A DNA stretch of 64,000 nucleotides from Barthelona sp. PCE (taxonomy: Eukaryota). Positions 1 to 9,967 of this stretch are shown here, one piece after another. How positions within the stretch are numbered: the first letter of the stretch is position 1; every line of letters begins with the position of its first letter. Where the stretch lies: assembly GCA_040285745.1 (NCBI GenBank), contig JAUFOR010000003.1:992001-1056000 (forward strand). The letters run 5' to 3'. The position numbers and the translations under genes are program-made. Under the pieces are notes generated by a model. The model saw nothing but the letters and a program-made list of their open reading frames with translations, had not been told where the DNA came from and did no database searches.

Positions 1-1
1 T

Positions 2-577
2 GGATCTAATAGCGTATCGCAACTTCGGCTCAAGTCTGGAAGTGTTATTGATTGCTCTCTCCTCATGTTTTCAGTTGGAGCTCGTGCAAACGCTGGCATA
101 GCACGCGATCTCGGGTTGGACGTTGACCGCGGTATCGTTGTCGACAGAGGTATGCGATGCTTTGTTGATGGTATTGCCACACCACTTGTTTATGCTTGTG
201 GAGACTGTGCCCAACCGAAGGACGTTAACTACGCCATGCTGTGGTCAAATGCAATCAACCAGGGTGCCATTGCAGGTTTCAACGCTGCAGGTGGTAATAA
301 GGAGTTGGAGAATCAGTCCTTCCCTTGTATATTGCATTGCTTTGATACTCAGATGTTCTCAGTGGGTTCTTTGCGTCAGGCGCCAACGGATATGGTCATA
401 AAACAGTACACAGCTCAAAACCTGAAAAAGGTGTTGTTAAACGGAGGTGTTATTAAAGGAGGTTTCCTTATTGGTAATGTAGACAACCAAATGAAGCTAA
501 AGGGCGCATTAGACTCCGAGGCAGGTGTTATTGAGGCAGCAGCTTGTATGATTGATGAAGAAAAGCTGGAAGAGTAG
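2..577 (+). CDS. FAD-dependent NAD(P)H oxidoreductase, NADH:rubredoxin oxidoreductase/NirB-like (5' end outside window)
   Basis: Frame is open from base 2. Motifs GIVVDRGM, VYACGDCA (second FAD motif), LWSNAINQGAIAGFNAAG and C-terminal KKVLL..GVIKGGFLIGN are typical of pyridine nucleotide-disulphide oxidoreductases. Confidence 0.75.
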   Translation, partial: GSNSVSQLRLKSGSVIDCSLLMFSVGARANAGIARDLGLDVDRGIVVDRGMRCFVDGIATPLVYACGDCAQPKDVNYAMLWSNAINQGAIAGFNAAGGNKELENQSFPCILHCFDTQMFSVGSLRQAPTDMVIKQYTAQNLKKVLLNGGVIKGGFLIGNVDNQMKLKGALDSEAGVIEAAACMIDEEKLEE

Positions 578-711
578 TAAATCATTTCTTATATAAAACT
601 AAAATTAATACAAAGAAGTGCGGTTAAAGGATTCCTTCTCGCAAACGCGATATTTTAAAGATCTTCAATAATTTTCCTGAAATCTCATTTTCTTGGGTTT
701 TTTCAAAGCGT

Positions 712-2079
712 ATGGATCCTGATCTAACAGGATGTGGGGTTTTGTCACATCACGTTACAGATTTACTGACAGAAGAACTTGCTAATGTAAGAAGTATAGA
801 TTTCGATATTTTATCATTAAAAAACGCAAAATTTTTTACCATTTTGTGTCTTAATGTTGATAGTAGAGCAGTAATCAAAAGCGTTTTAACCTGGTTGTTG
901 AATCCAACAACAGTTTTTAATTCCTGCATTATAAAGAATGCTTTGTTGTATATAAACTACAACCATGATCCAAAAAAGTCAGATTACACAGATGGATTAA
1001 CATCAGAAGATGTAGAAATGCTTTCTTATCTCAGAAGCAATTATCCTTCCAACGATATGAAACTACTAATAACATTTTTGTTGGGCGACTACACCCCCCA
1101 GATGACCATTGATATGATATGGCCATTTGATATGAACTTAGTGCCGCATTCGTTTTCTTTTTGGAGATTGGGAGATTCCGTTTTTGATCTTCCCAATAGT
1201 TGTGCTTCTATGATCAGATCTGAGCTCTTACACATTGACAAATACGAATATGAACGGTTTTATGACATATGCGAGACTCAATGTAGGCTTGTTTTTGATA
1301 TTCTGTGTGCTTACCCGCCTCTGTTTGGCTTACTTGTGGATCACATGAGTACAAGGAATCACATCATGCACTTTGTAACGTACTGTTCGCCTGGATCTCC
1401 GTTATTGTCATGTATGCAGCACATTTTTCACGACGTTTTTTGCTCGCAAGACATTGATATAGCAAATACACTTGGCTGGTTCAAATCTGAACATCTAATA
1501 TACACTGTTTTTGCTGGCAATAACGCAAATAATTTGCTGCAGACTGATGGTTTCTTACACCGTTTTACTTGTCTATTATACACATTAAAGACATGGTGCG
1601 TGTGTCCATCGCAAACGCAGAACATTGAGATTGGTTCGATGATCAATTTTATCAACAAGGGCCTTCTCATGCTTCTTTCAGTGATAGGACCCAATATAGA
1701 TACAGGCTTGCACGAAACAGCAATCATTCTCATTGAAGGAATATTGTTCATTTATGCTGCACTGAAGAAGGGTATTGGAGTTCCTTTAAAATTACAAACA
1801 CAAACTGAATTGCTTCTGCTTCGAGTGCTTTCTCTCTCAATTGTATACTGTAGTGATTCCAGTCTTAAGGATGTGTTGACTGCGTGCCTGGGCATACTCA
1901 GGTTGATTGATGTCAACCACAATGTCTTGTACGACATGATACTCCCCGGTGAGTTTTTTGTTTTCAAGCTACTGAAGAATATTCAAATCAATGATTTTGA
2001 GTGTCAATTACAGTTTTTTGACCAAAAATTATTGAATTCACAGGAGAATATCACCTTTGTTTTCAAAAAAAACCGGTGA
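712..2079 (+). CDS. hypothetical protein, 455 aa
   Basis: Long ATG-initiated ORF; no recognised motif. Confidence 0.7.
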   Translation: MDPDLTGCGVLSHHVTDLLTEELANVRSIDFDILSLKNAKFFTILCLNVDSRAVIKSVLTWLLNPTTVFNSCIIKNALLYINYNHDPKKSDYTDGLTSEDVEMLSYLRSNYPSNDMKLLITFLLGDYTPQMTIDMIWPFDMNLVPHSFSFWRLGDSVFDLPNSCASMIRSELLHIDKYEYERFYDICETQCRLVFDILCAYPPLFGLLVDHMSTRNHIMHFVTYCSPGSPLLSCMQHIFHDVFCSQDIDIANTLGWFKSEHLIYTVFAGNNANNLLQTDGFLHRFTCLLYTLKTWCVCPSQTQNIEIGSMINFINKGLLMLLSVIGPNIDTGLHETAIILIEGILFIYAALKKGIGVPLKLQTQTELLLLRVLSLSIVYCSDSSLKDVLTACLGILRLIDVNHNVLYDMILPGEFFVFKLLKNIQINDFECQLQFFDQKLLNSQENITFVFKKNR

Positions 2080-2195
2080 TTTATTCTATATTAATAACAT
2101 ATTTTCTTTTTTACATTTCTAAGTAATGAATGGATCGTATATTGCTCTGTCTTGTAACGATCTGATCTCATATTTCGAAATAAAAATTATTCATT

Positions 2196-2558
2196 TCATT
2201 TCAGAAAGTTCATCAGTTCCTCATCGTCCCGGGCTACATCTTGTAAATGTTGGAAATTTGCATGGGGAGACCCACATTTTACCAACAGTGGCAGATCATC
2301 AAAGCACTTCTCATAATCATTGCACATTTTTTTGAATTCATCAACTTGTTCTTTCTCATATGCCAAATCAATCTCGATATAAGGCAAGAATGTGCTATCT
2401 AAGACCAGTTTCATCAGATTTAACCTTGTGAAAGAGTAACTACGTGGATCATACGAAGAATAAATCAATTTCAGCGGTACATCACCTATTGCTTCTTTTG
2501 CTTCCTCCCTAGCCCTCTCTTCTGACCATTCCTGCGCTTCCTGCTGTGGAAATGGCAT
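2196..2558 (-). CDS. SH3BGR/glutaredoxin-like thioredoxin-fold protein (no CxxC)
   Basis: Pattern LKLIYSS...LDSTFLPYIEIDLA...LPLL...ELMNFLK resembles the SH3BGR family. Confidence 0.5.
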   Translation of the reverse strand: MPFPQQEAQEWSEERAREEAKEAIGDVPLKLIYSSYDPRSYSFTRLNLMKLVLDSTFLPYIEIDLAYEKEQVDEFKKMCNDYEKCFDDLPLLVKCGSPHANFQHLQDVARDDEELMNFLK

Positions 2559-2683
2559 TCAAAAAATGATAAGAATGATAATAGGATAAACAGGTGTTAT
2601 ACCTTTCTTCTTCTTTTACAATCTACATATCATACATGTACAGGTCTTTGTTCTTGGTACTTTGCACCATCTGTATCTTTAAA

Positions 2684-3235
2684 ATGGGGTTTTGCTTCAA
2701 AAGGGAGTATCCTCACACTGAATTTCCGCCTCGTGAAGAAATGATCGTCGAGAACAGCACTGTGAATATGTTCGACGGTGACAAGAAGCTTGGCTACTCT
2801 AAAGGTCCGTCTATTCCGCGAGAAAATTGGATTGTAATTGGGAAGTATATTGAGGATCGAGAAATTACATTAAAGAATTGGAGAGGTGCTGTCAAGGTCA
2901 GTTTCGACGCTGAGCTTAGTTGGGAGACTGCCGAGCATGATTATTTCCCTTTGGACACGTTTTTGCACAATACAAAATTGAGAGCAAAGAATGTTAAGCG
3001 TTTTGCAACATCTCAAGATGAAAATATCCTCTCTGACTTTGAGTGCCATGTCGATTACGGAGGTTACAATAGGAACAAGCACTATGTTTATGAGGAGCAT
3101 GAGATGGGTGAGCGTCAAATTTCTCATCATTGGGAGGCCCTCATTGGGATGACCTGCATACTGCACGATCACCCTTTGACAAACAGGTGGCACTATACCT
3201 TCAAAACCGACCAAGGCACTGTTTTACTAAACTAA
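2684..3235 (+). CDS. hypothetical protein
   Basis: ORF 2594-3235; likely start is ATG 2684, after an AT-rich leader. Confidence 0.6.
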   Translation: MGFCFKREYPHTEFPPREEMIVENSTVNMFDGDKKLGYSKGPSIPRENWIVIGKYIEDREITLKNWRGAVKVSFDAELSWETAEHDYFPLDTFLHNTKLRAKNVKRFATSQDENILSDFECHVDYGGYNRNKHYVYEEHEMGERQISHHWEALIGMTCILHDHPLTNRWHYTFKTDQGTVLLN

Positions 3236-3244
3236 TGGTACATG

Positions 3245-4018
3245 TTAACGGGCCTTTGTGGATGATCTAAATAAATGGTTATCAATAAGAGGCTGGTTGA
3301 GTTTCTCGAACTTCATCAGCTCCATCATTATCTGCGGAGCAACCTTCTCAGACCCGGTGTATTCGACTGCGAGTTCGTAGAACCTCTCAAATTCCTCTGT
3401 GCTCATGATCTCAAGATCGGTGACAAACATCTGGAACAAATCAGTCGGGCTCATGACAACGAGTCGGTCGCTCATCGTGGCACCGTCCTCGGCGCTCGTC
3501 ACCTGCAGGATGGCCTTCATTGGGGGCTCATCACCATAAGCTTGCTCATTGGCGCAAGAACGTGTTCTTGGTACCTTTAAATCCGTCCTGATACTTGGCA
3601 CACCAAATGCACGTTCAGGGATAACAGATGCATGTTTGTCTTCAATGCTGTCGAAGCGAGTGTCAACCTCTTCCTCACAAAAGCATGCAGCAGCCGTTTC
3701 GCTGAAATCTTTTTTGAAATTGATCGGTTGCTCGACCTTTCCCGGCACAATGTTCTGTGAAATGTGCGACGTATCGACGTTGGTGTGTGTGCGCTGGTAA
3801 TGAGAGACGATAGAACTGGGTCTACTTACAATTTCAGGATTTAGCGCCAATTTTGCACCAACTCCTTCACCGAGAGATGCGGACCTGTATCCGAAACGCA
3901 TGTCGGGAACATACTCCTTCTTAATACTGCGACCGAGATACTCATCAACTTCTAAATCGGCTTCAGGGTTAAAAATGACTTGTTTGATAGTAGACTTTGT
4001 TGCGTTGTTCTCCTTCAT
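3245..4018 (-). CDS. EFHB: EF-hand domain family member B (CFAP21)-like ciliary protein
   Basis: Signature AFGVPSIRTDL...SCANEQAYGDE matches the conserved EFHB C-terminal motif. Confidence 0.7.
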   Translation of the reverse strand: MKENNATKSTIKQVIFNPEADLEVDEYLGRSIKKEYVPDMRFGYRSASLGEGVGAKLALNPEIVSRPSSIVSHYQRTHTNVDTSHISQNIVPGKVEQPINFKKDFSETAAACFCEEEVDTRFDSIEDKHASVIPERAFGVPSIRTDLKVPRTRSCANEQAYGDEPPMKAILQVTSAEDGATMSDRLVVMSPTDLFQMFVTDLEIMSTEEFERFYELAVEYTGSEKVAPQIMMELMKFEKLNQPLIDNHLFRSSTKAR

Positions 4019-4371
4019 TTTGATGTATGAATTGGACCTGTGTAAAGTATTCTTGTTAAAAAAGAAGAAGAGAAGGGAAAGGTTTTTAAAAACAAGTATT
4101 CAAACCATTGAAATCTTATGTCTCACTCCCCAGAACGTGGATAATGTTATCGGGGAGGCAATACCACACCGTTTTATCATAGTTTCGAATCGAGACAGAC
4201 ATTTACTTAACAATGCTGAGTTTCATTGTTTACCTGTATCTTAAGTGATGGTACACTCTGCTTCGTGATAGGTTTAATATAGCAAAAGCAGAAATAATAT
4301 AACATGAAAAACCTGGTTACCCAAAATGAAGAATGATTTTTGTTAAGTGAATAATTGCTTTACTTGGGTGT

Positions 4372-4821
4372 CTAAATTGGATGTCCCCAGCGGTCAAAGA
4401 TGATTTCCCGAGGTTTATTTCCCGGAATTTCTATCTTTTGAATCTTTATCGGTTTTGAAGAAATTTTTCGTTTCATTTTTGCCTCTAAAGACCCCCAAAA
4501 CATTCTTTTGTTGGTGGTATACTGATATTTAGCCATTATATCTTGCACTTTAGATGGGTCACTAATCACAGGTTGCTTATCTGCTGTTTTAGCCTCATCA
4601 AAAGGTGTTTTTTCTGTTATATCAGTTGAATTAATGCTAATAACTACGCAATCATTCGTTCTATCCAAACAGTTAGAACTTTGACATTCTTTCTTTTCCA
4701 TTTCTTCCTTTTCAACAATATTATCTAAAGTTTCAATATCTTTAATCATTTTATCTATGATTTCAACGATTGTACTTTCCATTTTATGTTTAAAAATAGA
4801 GAAATTCTTGAAAGCAGGCAT
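4372..4821 (-). CDS. hypothetical protein
   Basis: 149-aa hydrophilic ORF; start uncertain. Confidence 0.5.
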   Translation of the reverse strand: MPAFKNFSIFKHKMESTIVEIIDKMIKDIETLDNIVEKEEMEKKECQSSNCLDRTNDCVVISINSTDITEKTPFDEAKTADKQPVISDPSKVQDIMAKYQYTTNKRMFWGSLEAKMKRKISSKPIKIQKIEIPGNKPREIIFDRWGHPI

Positions 4822-4945
4822 TTGCTTAAACCAGTTTTTAATCGTACAATATGTAGTTAAAAGTAATAGAAATCGCTTAACTTTACCTATTTACACTTAT
4901 ACTGTAAAACAAGACTGCTATAGTATTTACTCCTCATTGCACAAA

Positions 4946-5290
4946 ATGCCAGAAGAAATTCAGCTGCAAGAAGAAGCAGAAGAAGTCCCAAATGTCGAAT
5001 CCACAGATACTGAAGATGAGTCCATCATTGTAGACAAAAAGCGTACACATTCCATTCGAAGCTCTATATCGGCTAAAGAAGATGACGACAAGGTCACCAT
5101 GAGCCCCTCGCTTAAGACGCAGGCGGTCGAGAATGATCTTAACGAACAATTACGTTTACTTGAAGAAAAGCGTCGCACACTCGATATTGATGTGGCTACT
5201 TTTAAGCCCAGACACATTCTCACGTTGATATTCTTAGTGTTGTCCATTGGTTTCCTGTATATAATGATGAAAAAAGAGGGTATTGTGTAA
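4946..5290 (+). CDS. small tail-anchored membrane protein
   Basis: Acidic N-terminus, short coiled coil, C-terminal TM (ILTLIFLVLSIGFLYIMM) followed by KK; likely start ATG 4946. Confidence 0.6.
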   Translation: MPEEIQLQEEAEEVPNVESTDTEDESIIVDKKRTHSIRSSISAKEDDDKVTMSPSLKTQAVENDLNEQLRLLEEKRRTLDIDVATFKPRHILTLIFLVLSIGFLYIMMKKEGIV

Positions 5291-5297
5291 AAAAGTA

Positions 5298-6119
5298 CTA
5301 CCATCCATCGTATTCATTGTAATCAAACCCACTAATAGATGGTAAGAATGAGTTTGGCTCCACTGAAGCAACAAAACCTGGTTTTGAGAAAACAGATGTA
5401 ACTTCCTTTTTAACCTCCTCAAATACTCCTGCTTGTATCCTGTCAAGCAAAGCCTGTCTGTCTATGACGTTATTCTCTATATATTGCTCGATACGCACCT
5501 TTTCTCGCTCCAAAATTCGAAGCAACTCCTGCAAGGATGATCTCACCATCCCTAGCTCTTCTGTCCGCTGTTTTTTTAACTGTAGGAGGTTTTCCTTGTG
5601 CCCAGAGCGAGATCCTATCTCCTTAACGTAATCTGGAAGCGATACAAAAGCGTCACGAGCAGTGCGCTTATATGAACGGACAAACGCTTCGTCCGGTGTC
5701 AAAAGGGAATCTGTGAGTGTCGTACAGTATTCACGTGTAAAAACGGCGCTTTTTCCCCACATCCCCACAATCTTATGGATCTTACGATGATAGGCTGTTC
5801 CAAGACGAGAGTAAATGAGTGGAAAAGCACTTGGAAATGTGTCCTTGAGGCGCTCCAATAGAATGCTGCGCTTACCATTCAAATTCAGAACGACATCGTG
5901 AATGACATATACTAACCCCAAAAAAAATCCCTCTGTAAGATCTTTATCTGTCTTATTGATGCAGTTTAGCCATACTCGGATGATTTCGTTGCAAGTAAGT
6001 GGCTCGTTTTGAAAAAATCGAATGTAAAGTGATGAACTAAAAATTTGCGTTTCAGCACAAGATCGTGCTAAAAACAACAAATTTTCAAGCGTCTCTGCCC
6101 TAAATCTAGTTTCTGTCAT
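5298..6119 (-). CDS. CTD-interacting domain (CID/RPR) protein, RPRD1/Rtt103-like
   Basis: IIRVW, LVYVIHDVV and KIHKIVGMWGKSAVF follow the CID consensus; C-terminal coiled coil. Confidence 0.6.
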   Translation of the reverse strand: MTETRFRAETLENLLFLARSCAETQIFSSSLYIRFFQNEPLTCNEIIRVWLNCINKTDKDLTEGFFLGLVYVIHDVVLNLNGKRSILLERLKDTFPSAFPLIYSRLGTAYHRKIHKIVGMWGKSAVFTREYCTTLTDSLLTPDEAFVRSYKRTARDAFVSLPDYVKEIGSRSGHKENLLQLKKQRTEELGMVRSSLQELLRILEREKVRIEQYIENNVIDRQALLDRIQAGVFEEVKKEVTSVFSKPGFVASVEPNSFLPSISGFDYNEYDGW

Positions 6120-6203
6120 ATGAAAAGTGGAAAACAAACGATGATCAATGGGAAGAAGGTTGTTATTCGTTTTTCACCCTTTAAATGGATTATTGAGGAT
6201 TTT

Positions 6204-7835
6204 ATGATGAAGAACATATTTTTCGTTATCCTTTTGCTGGTGACATACGTCGCAATTACGCAATGCGCAAAGCTAACTTCACCTGTTTGTAATTACCAAA
6301 GTAACATTGTTCCCCAGGGTTCTTCTTTGATGCTCAAATGTTACTGCGTGTTTCACAAATGCGAACTTCAAAAAAGTACCTCAACTGACTTTGATTTGTA
6401 TGAAATTTTTCATCCAATGAATCTTACCGAATCATCCTCTTTTTACATTCGTGCATACTCGAAAGATCTCTTGCTCTACTCAGATATCCTGCCTCTCACC
6501 TTTATTTTTGAACTGGCTCTGGAATCACCAAACATCACTATTGATAATTATCCAGGTCATGTTGTCATTAATATTTCTGTTACAGAGGCATTGTGCGACA
6601 CCTGTGTTATCCGATACGGATTTTCAGAGGTCATTTCGCAGACATCTCCCGTTTATGACAGTTTTCTTGTTTTTAGGCAACCAGTCCATTTGAGGCAGAA
6701 ACTGTGCGCAGCGCAATGGAAGGAATCCTTCTCCAGCGCTGTTGTTTGTGTCGAATACAGAGTTAAACCAGACTTTCCATCCATTCAAAGCAGTGTCTCT
6801 CTGCATGGTTCGGTCACAGTTGGTCTTTCTATCGACTCTCAGTGGGAAGATTACCAACTACGCTATTGGTGGTTCAATGAACGGCTAGAGCTGACAGCAG
6901 CAATAGCGGCGAGCGAAAGAATACCTTTTGAGGTATATTCGGTACCATTCATAGTGCAAGGAAAGGGTACACTTTACGTCGTTGGATCGTCCACTCTGTT
7001 TTTTGAGGATCGGCGACAGGTGTTTTTCATTAACGCTGATGATAAGACACTGAATCAATCACTCTCTGATGTTTTTTTCGTATCTGACAAATGCTCCTCT
7101 GAAAACAAACTTATTTTGAACTCTGTGCCTGTGTTTCTCAGCGAAAATGGTCGGGAAAATGTTACTGATTTGCAGTACGCCTACCACCAGAGCTTACCAT
7201 TGCAAACTGATACCCAATACTATCTGTACGCGCAGCATCCAGACACGGTCGTTAAGCACGCATTCCACACAAAGAAACCTGTCTTGTGTGATTTAGTCTT
7301 CCGAGATAGTTTTGTTGCGCTTGATGATTCACTTTCATACGTAGATTCAATCGCCACTGTTAATGTTTTGACCGACATCCAGCTGCTGTGCGACGGGAAC
7401 GTGGAGTACAAGTTACTAGACCCTTTCGACAGCATAGTTGCGGCTTTACATGAGGATTCTTCATGGCTGTCTGCAACCGATTTAGACCTGTGTGCTTACG
7501 TTGCCGGATTTAGTGTACCATCCACAGCCTTCTGGATCTCAGCTCGTTTACTTATCAGACCAATGACCAATGGTTGCTTTCAAAACGGGTTTCTCGCACC
7601 AATATTGTCACTTAACGTAACCAGCCATCATGATGTCCTCAAAACAGCTGGAAGCATCTGGCAACGAGTGTCTTACTTAATGCTTGACTTTTCGTGGCGT
7701 GAAATATTAACCGGTACTTTTCTTTTAGTACTTTTGATGTTTATTTTGGTTGAAGTGGTACTAGCAGTGCTTGGATCCCATCAGAAGACTATAATTGTTG
7801 AAGAGAATCATATAACCAACAGAAACCGCTTGTAA
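6204..7835 (+). CDS. type I membrane/surface protein with possible Fn3-associated (CHB_HEX_C-like) repeats
   Basis: Signal peptide MMKNIFFVILLLVTYVA, C-terminal TM, repeated IRY...S.VY..P-type segments. Confidence 0.6.
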   Translation: MMKNIFFVILLLVTYVAITQCAKLTSPVCNYQSNIVPQGSSLMLKCYCVFHKCELQKSTSTDFDLYEIFHPMNLTESSSFYIRAYSKDLLLYSDILPLTFIFELALESPNITIDNYPGHVVINISVTEALCDTCVIRYGFSEVISQTSPVYDSFLVFRQPVHLRQKLCAAQWKESFSSAVVCVEYRVKPDFPSIQSSVSLHGSVTVGLSIDSQWEDYQLRYWWFNERLELTAAIAASERIPFEVYSVPFIVQGKGTLYVVGSSTLFFEDRRQVFFINADDKTLNQSLSDVFFVSDKCSSENKLILNSVPVFLSENGRENVTDLQYAYHQSLPLQTDTQYYLYAQHPDTVVKHAFHTKKPVLCDLVFRDSFVALDDSLSYVDSIATVNVLTDIQLLCDGNVEYKLLDPFDSIVAALHEDSSWLSATDLDLCAYVAGFSVPSTAFWISARLLIRPMTNGCFQNGFLAPILSLNVTSHHDVLKTAGSIWQRVSYLMLDFSWREILTGTFLLVLLMFILVEVVLAVLGSHQKTIIVEENHITNRNRL

Positions 7836-7894
7836 ATATTTGTGTACCCTTTCACTCATTTTTTTATCCATCTTTACCGATGGTTAGCTAGAAT

Positions 7895-8677
7895 ATGGAC
7901 CCACAACACACTCCAAAGATGCGAAAAGCTCCATTTCGATCAGGGATCATCCTTTCACCTCCTTTTGACGATTTAGGAAGAGAACAGAACGTACAAATCC
8001 CATCACCACAAGTACCATCCTTCCTTCGTCCCGTAAAGAAGGTGCGGTCAATAGATAAACTGTTAGCGCACCAACAGCACGATTGGACTGACTCTTCTAT
8101 CTCTGTATGTCATTCCTCTGCGCAGGCATCAATTGATCCCGTAGAGTCTAAGTGTGCAACTGTCAGTGTGCCATCACAAGGGGTTATTGTTCAAGATATG
8201 CTCGAACACAACAACGTATGGGGTTGTATTGAAAATCTGACCGAATTCGTTTTACAATACTTGCTGACTGACTCAGTGAATCTCTTAAATAGCATTGAAG
8301 AGAGAGAAGCAATGAACTTTGATCTTTCGTCTATTGAAAGTGCGCTTGAAGATCTTTTGAATACAGAATCCGCACTCACACGGCAGTTCCTATCCCCTAC
8401 CACTATACCATCGTTGGTTTCACCAAAGAAATTGAGGAAACATCGGCTCAGGAATCAGCTGTCAAGTAGGGAACTAGAGCGCATAGTAATGAGAAGAGAT
8501 AGATACGTGGACCATAGAAACATGCTCGCTGACGAGTTTGACGTACGAATCATGGTGAACCTGTCCACCCTAACAGAGTATGTGATGACCCAATGCTTCG
8601 ATGAGGTAGTTAATGAAATGAATGAGACGGTAGACGTCGTTGTTGACAGGCTTGTATCCCAAGAGATGGGATTATGA
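7895..8677 (+). CDS. hypothetical protein; C-terminus weakly reminiscent of centriolar KIAA0753/moonraker
   Basis: 260-aa ORF with an acidic helical tail FDEVVNEMNETVDVVVDRLVSQEM; family link is tentative. Confidence 0.6.
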   Translation: MDPQHTPKMRKAPFRSGIILSPPFDDLGREQNVQIPSPQVPSFLRPVKKVRSIDKLLAHQQHDWTDSSISVCHSSAQASIDPVESKCATVSVPSQGVIVQDMLEHNNVWGCIENLTEFVLQYLLTDSVNLLNSIEEREAMNFDLSSIESALEDLLNTESALTRQFLSPTTIPSLVSPKKLRKHRLRNQLSSRELERIVMRRDRYVDHRNMLADEFDVRIMVNLSTLTEYVMTQCFDEVVNEMNETVDVVVDRLVSQEMGL

Positions 8678-8874
8678 TGCATTTTAGGAAATTGTAATTC
8701 TATATATTTTTCACAGTAATAAAACTAAATCATACATATTGGTGCATCTTATCCTCATTCATGATTACATTTCGCCACATAGACGGGATCAAATACGAAA
8801 ATAAGAGCATATTAATTACCTGATCTTAATTCGACATTTCAACCTCCTTCATCCATTATCATTAATTTTTAAAC

Positions 8875-9960
8875 ATGGCATGTCCAACAACAAGGGAGTG
8901 TTGTCTGAAACCGGGTGTTTGTGCTTTCGAAATGAAGCCTCCTGAGGTTAGCTACGAATTACTGGCTGAATTCTTCAGAGATAATAACGAAACAACGGAC
9001 AAGGGCTGGAATCTTTCATGCAATAACAATGAGGGTGAGGAATTTCCATCTAAATGGCCTGTGCGTTGGGTATTAAGCCCATCACTAATTGAGCAACTTC
9101 CACAAGCGATAAAGTCTAATATAGAGATGGAACTCCGGATACGAGGATGTGCCATCCACCTTCTTCACAAAGTATGTGCGAAAGCAGGTCGCCGTGTTGG
9201 TGAAGATCGTATAACGATTTCTTCTCTGGGGTACCCTGGCAATTTATTACCGCTTTTCTGCAGTATTGTGCTCCACCGCTTCTTCTCAGTGCACGACGTC
9301 ACCAATCTGAACATTCCAATAGCAATCACTGCAGTCTGCTGCCTTGGAAAGAGCATCATGAATATTTACTCATCAGAAAACCTGCCACTATACAGAATGG
9401 ACACTTCTGACTGGCTGCACACTGTAGCTGGTATTGTGAACGGGTGCACATGCAAGTGCTACCCCGATATTAGCGTTGATGATGCTACGATTCGCAGGGT
9501 CAGCGATACTGTCACACAAATTGTCGCTACCCAGCCTCTTGACCTCGTTCCCGATCTGGGATTCAAGTATTTGGTGCGTTTCTTTATAACTTTCCAGATG
9601 AAACAAGAGTTTAAGCACAAGAGCTCTTTCTTAAGAGACTTATGCATGCAGCTTTTCAAGCTGCTAACCCGCTCTATCATGTCTCTTTTATTCCCCGCAC
9701 TACCCCTTGCAGGTCTCTTGCTACAGTATGTGTGCAAGAACATCATGGACAAAGGTTTGTGTGAAGTTTGGACTTTTGACAAGGAGAACTGTGAGCTATT
9801 TGAATCATTCGTTCAACAAGAGACGTCTATGCACCATATGGAGATCGAAGATGATTGCTGCTGGCCTCAGTTGTTCAGGATTGACGAGATTGACATTGCT
9901 CGTTTTGATAGGCTTGTCTCATGTTTAGTTACTGTTAACAACCCCTGTAAGAAAAATTAG
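8875..9960 (+). CDS. divergent transcriptional cyclin (T/K/L-like)
   Basis: EMELRIRGC..LL, IVLHRFFSVH and AITAVCCLGK resemble the cyclin L/T N-terminal box. Confidence 0.55.
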   Translation: MACPTTRECCLKPGVCAFEMKPPEVSYELLAEFFRDNNETTDKGWNLSCNNNEGEEFPSKWPVRWVLSPSLIEQLPQAIKSNIEMELRIRGCAIHLLHKVCAKAGRRVGEDRITISSLGYPGNLLPLFCSIVLHRFFSVHDVTNLNIPIAITAVCCLGKSIMNIYSSENLPLYRMDTSDWLHTVAGIVNGCTCKCYPDISVDDATIRRVSDTVTQIVATQPLDLVPDLGFKYLVRFFITFQMKQEFKHKSSFLRDLCMQLFKLLTRSIMSLLFPALPLAGLLLQYVCKNIMDKGLCEVWTFDKENCELFESFVQQETSMHHMEIEDDCCWPQLFRIDEIDIARFDRLVSCLVTVNNPCKKN

Positions 9961-9967
9961 CTATGCT

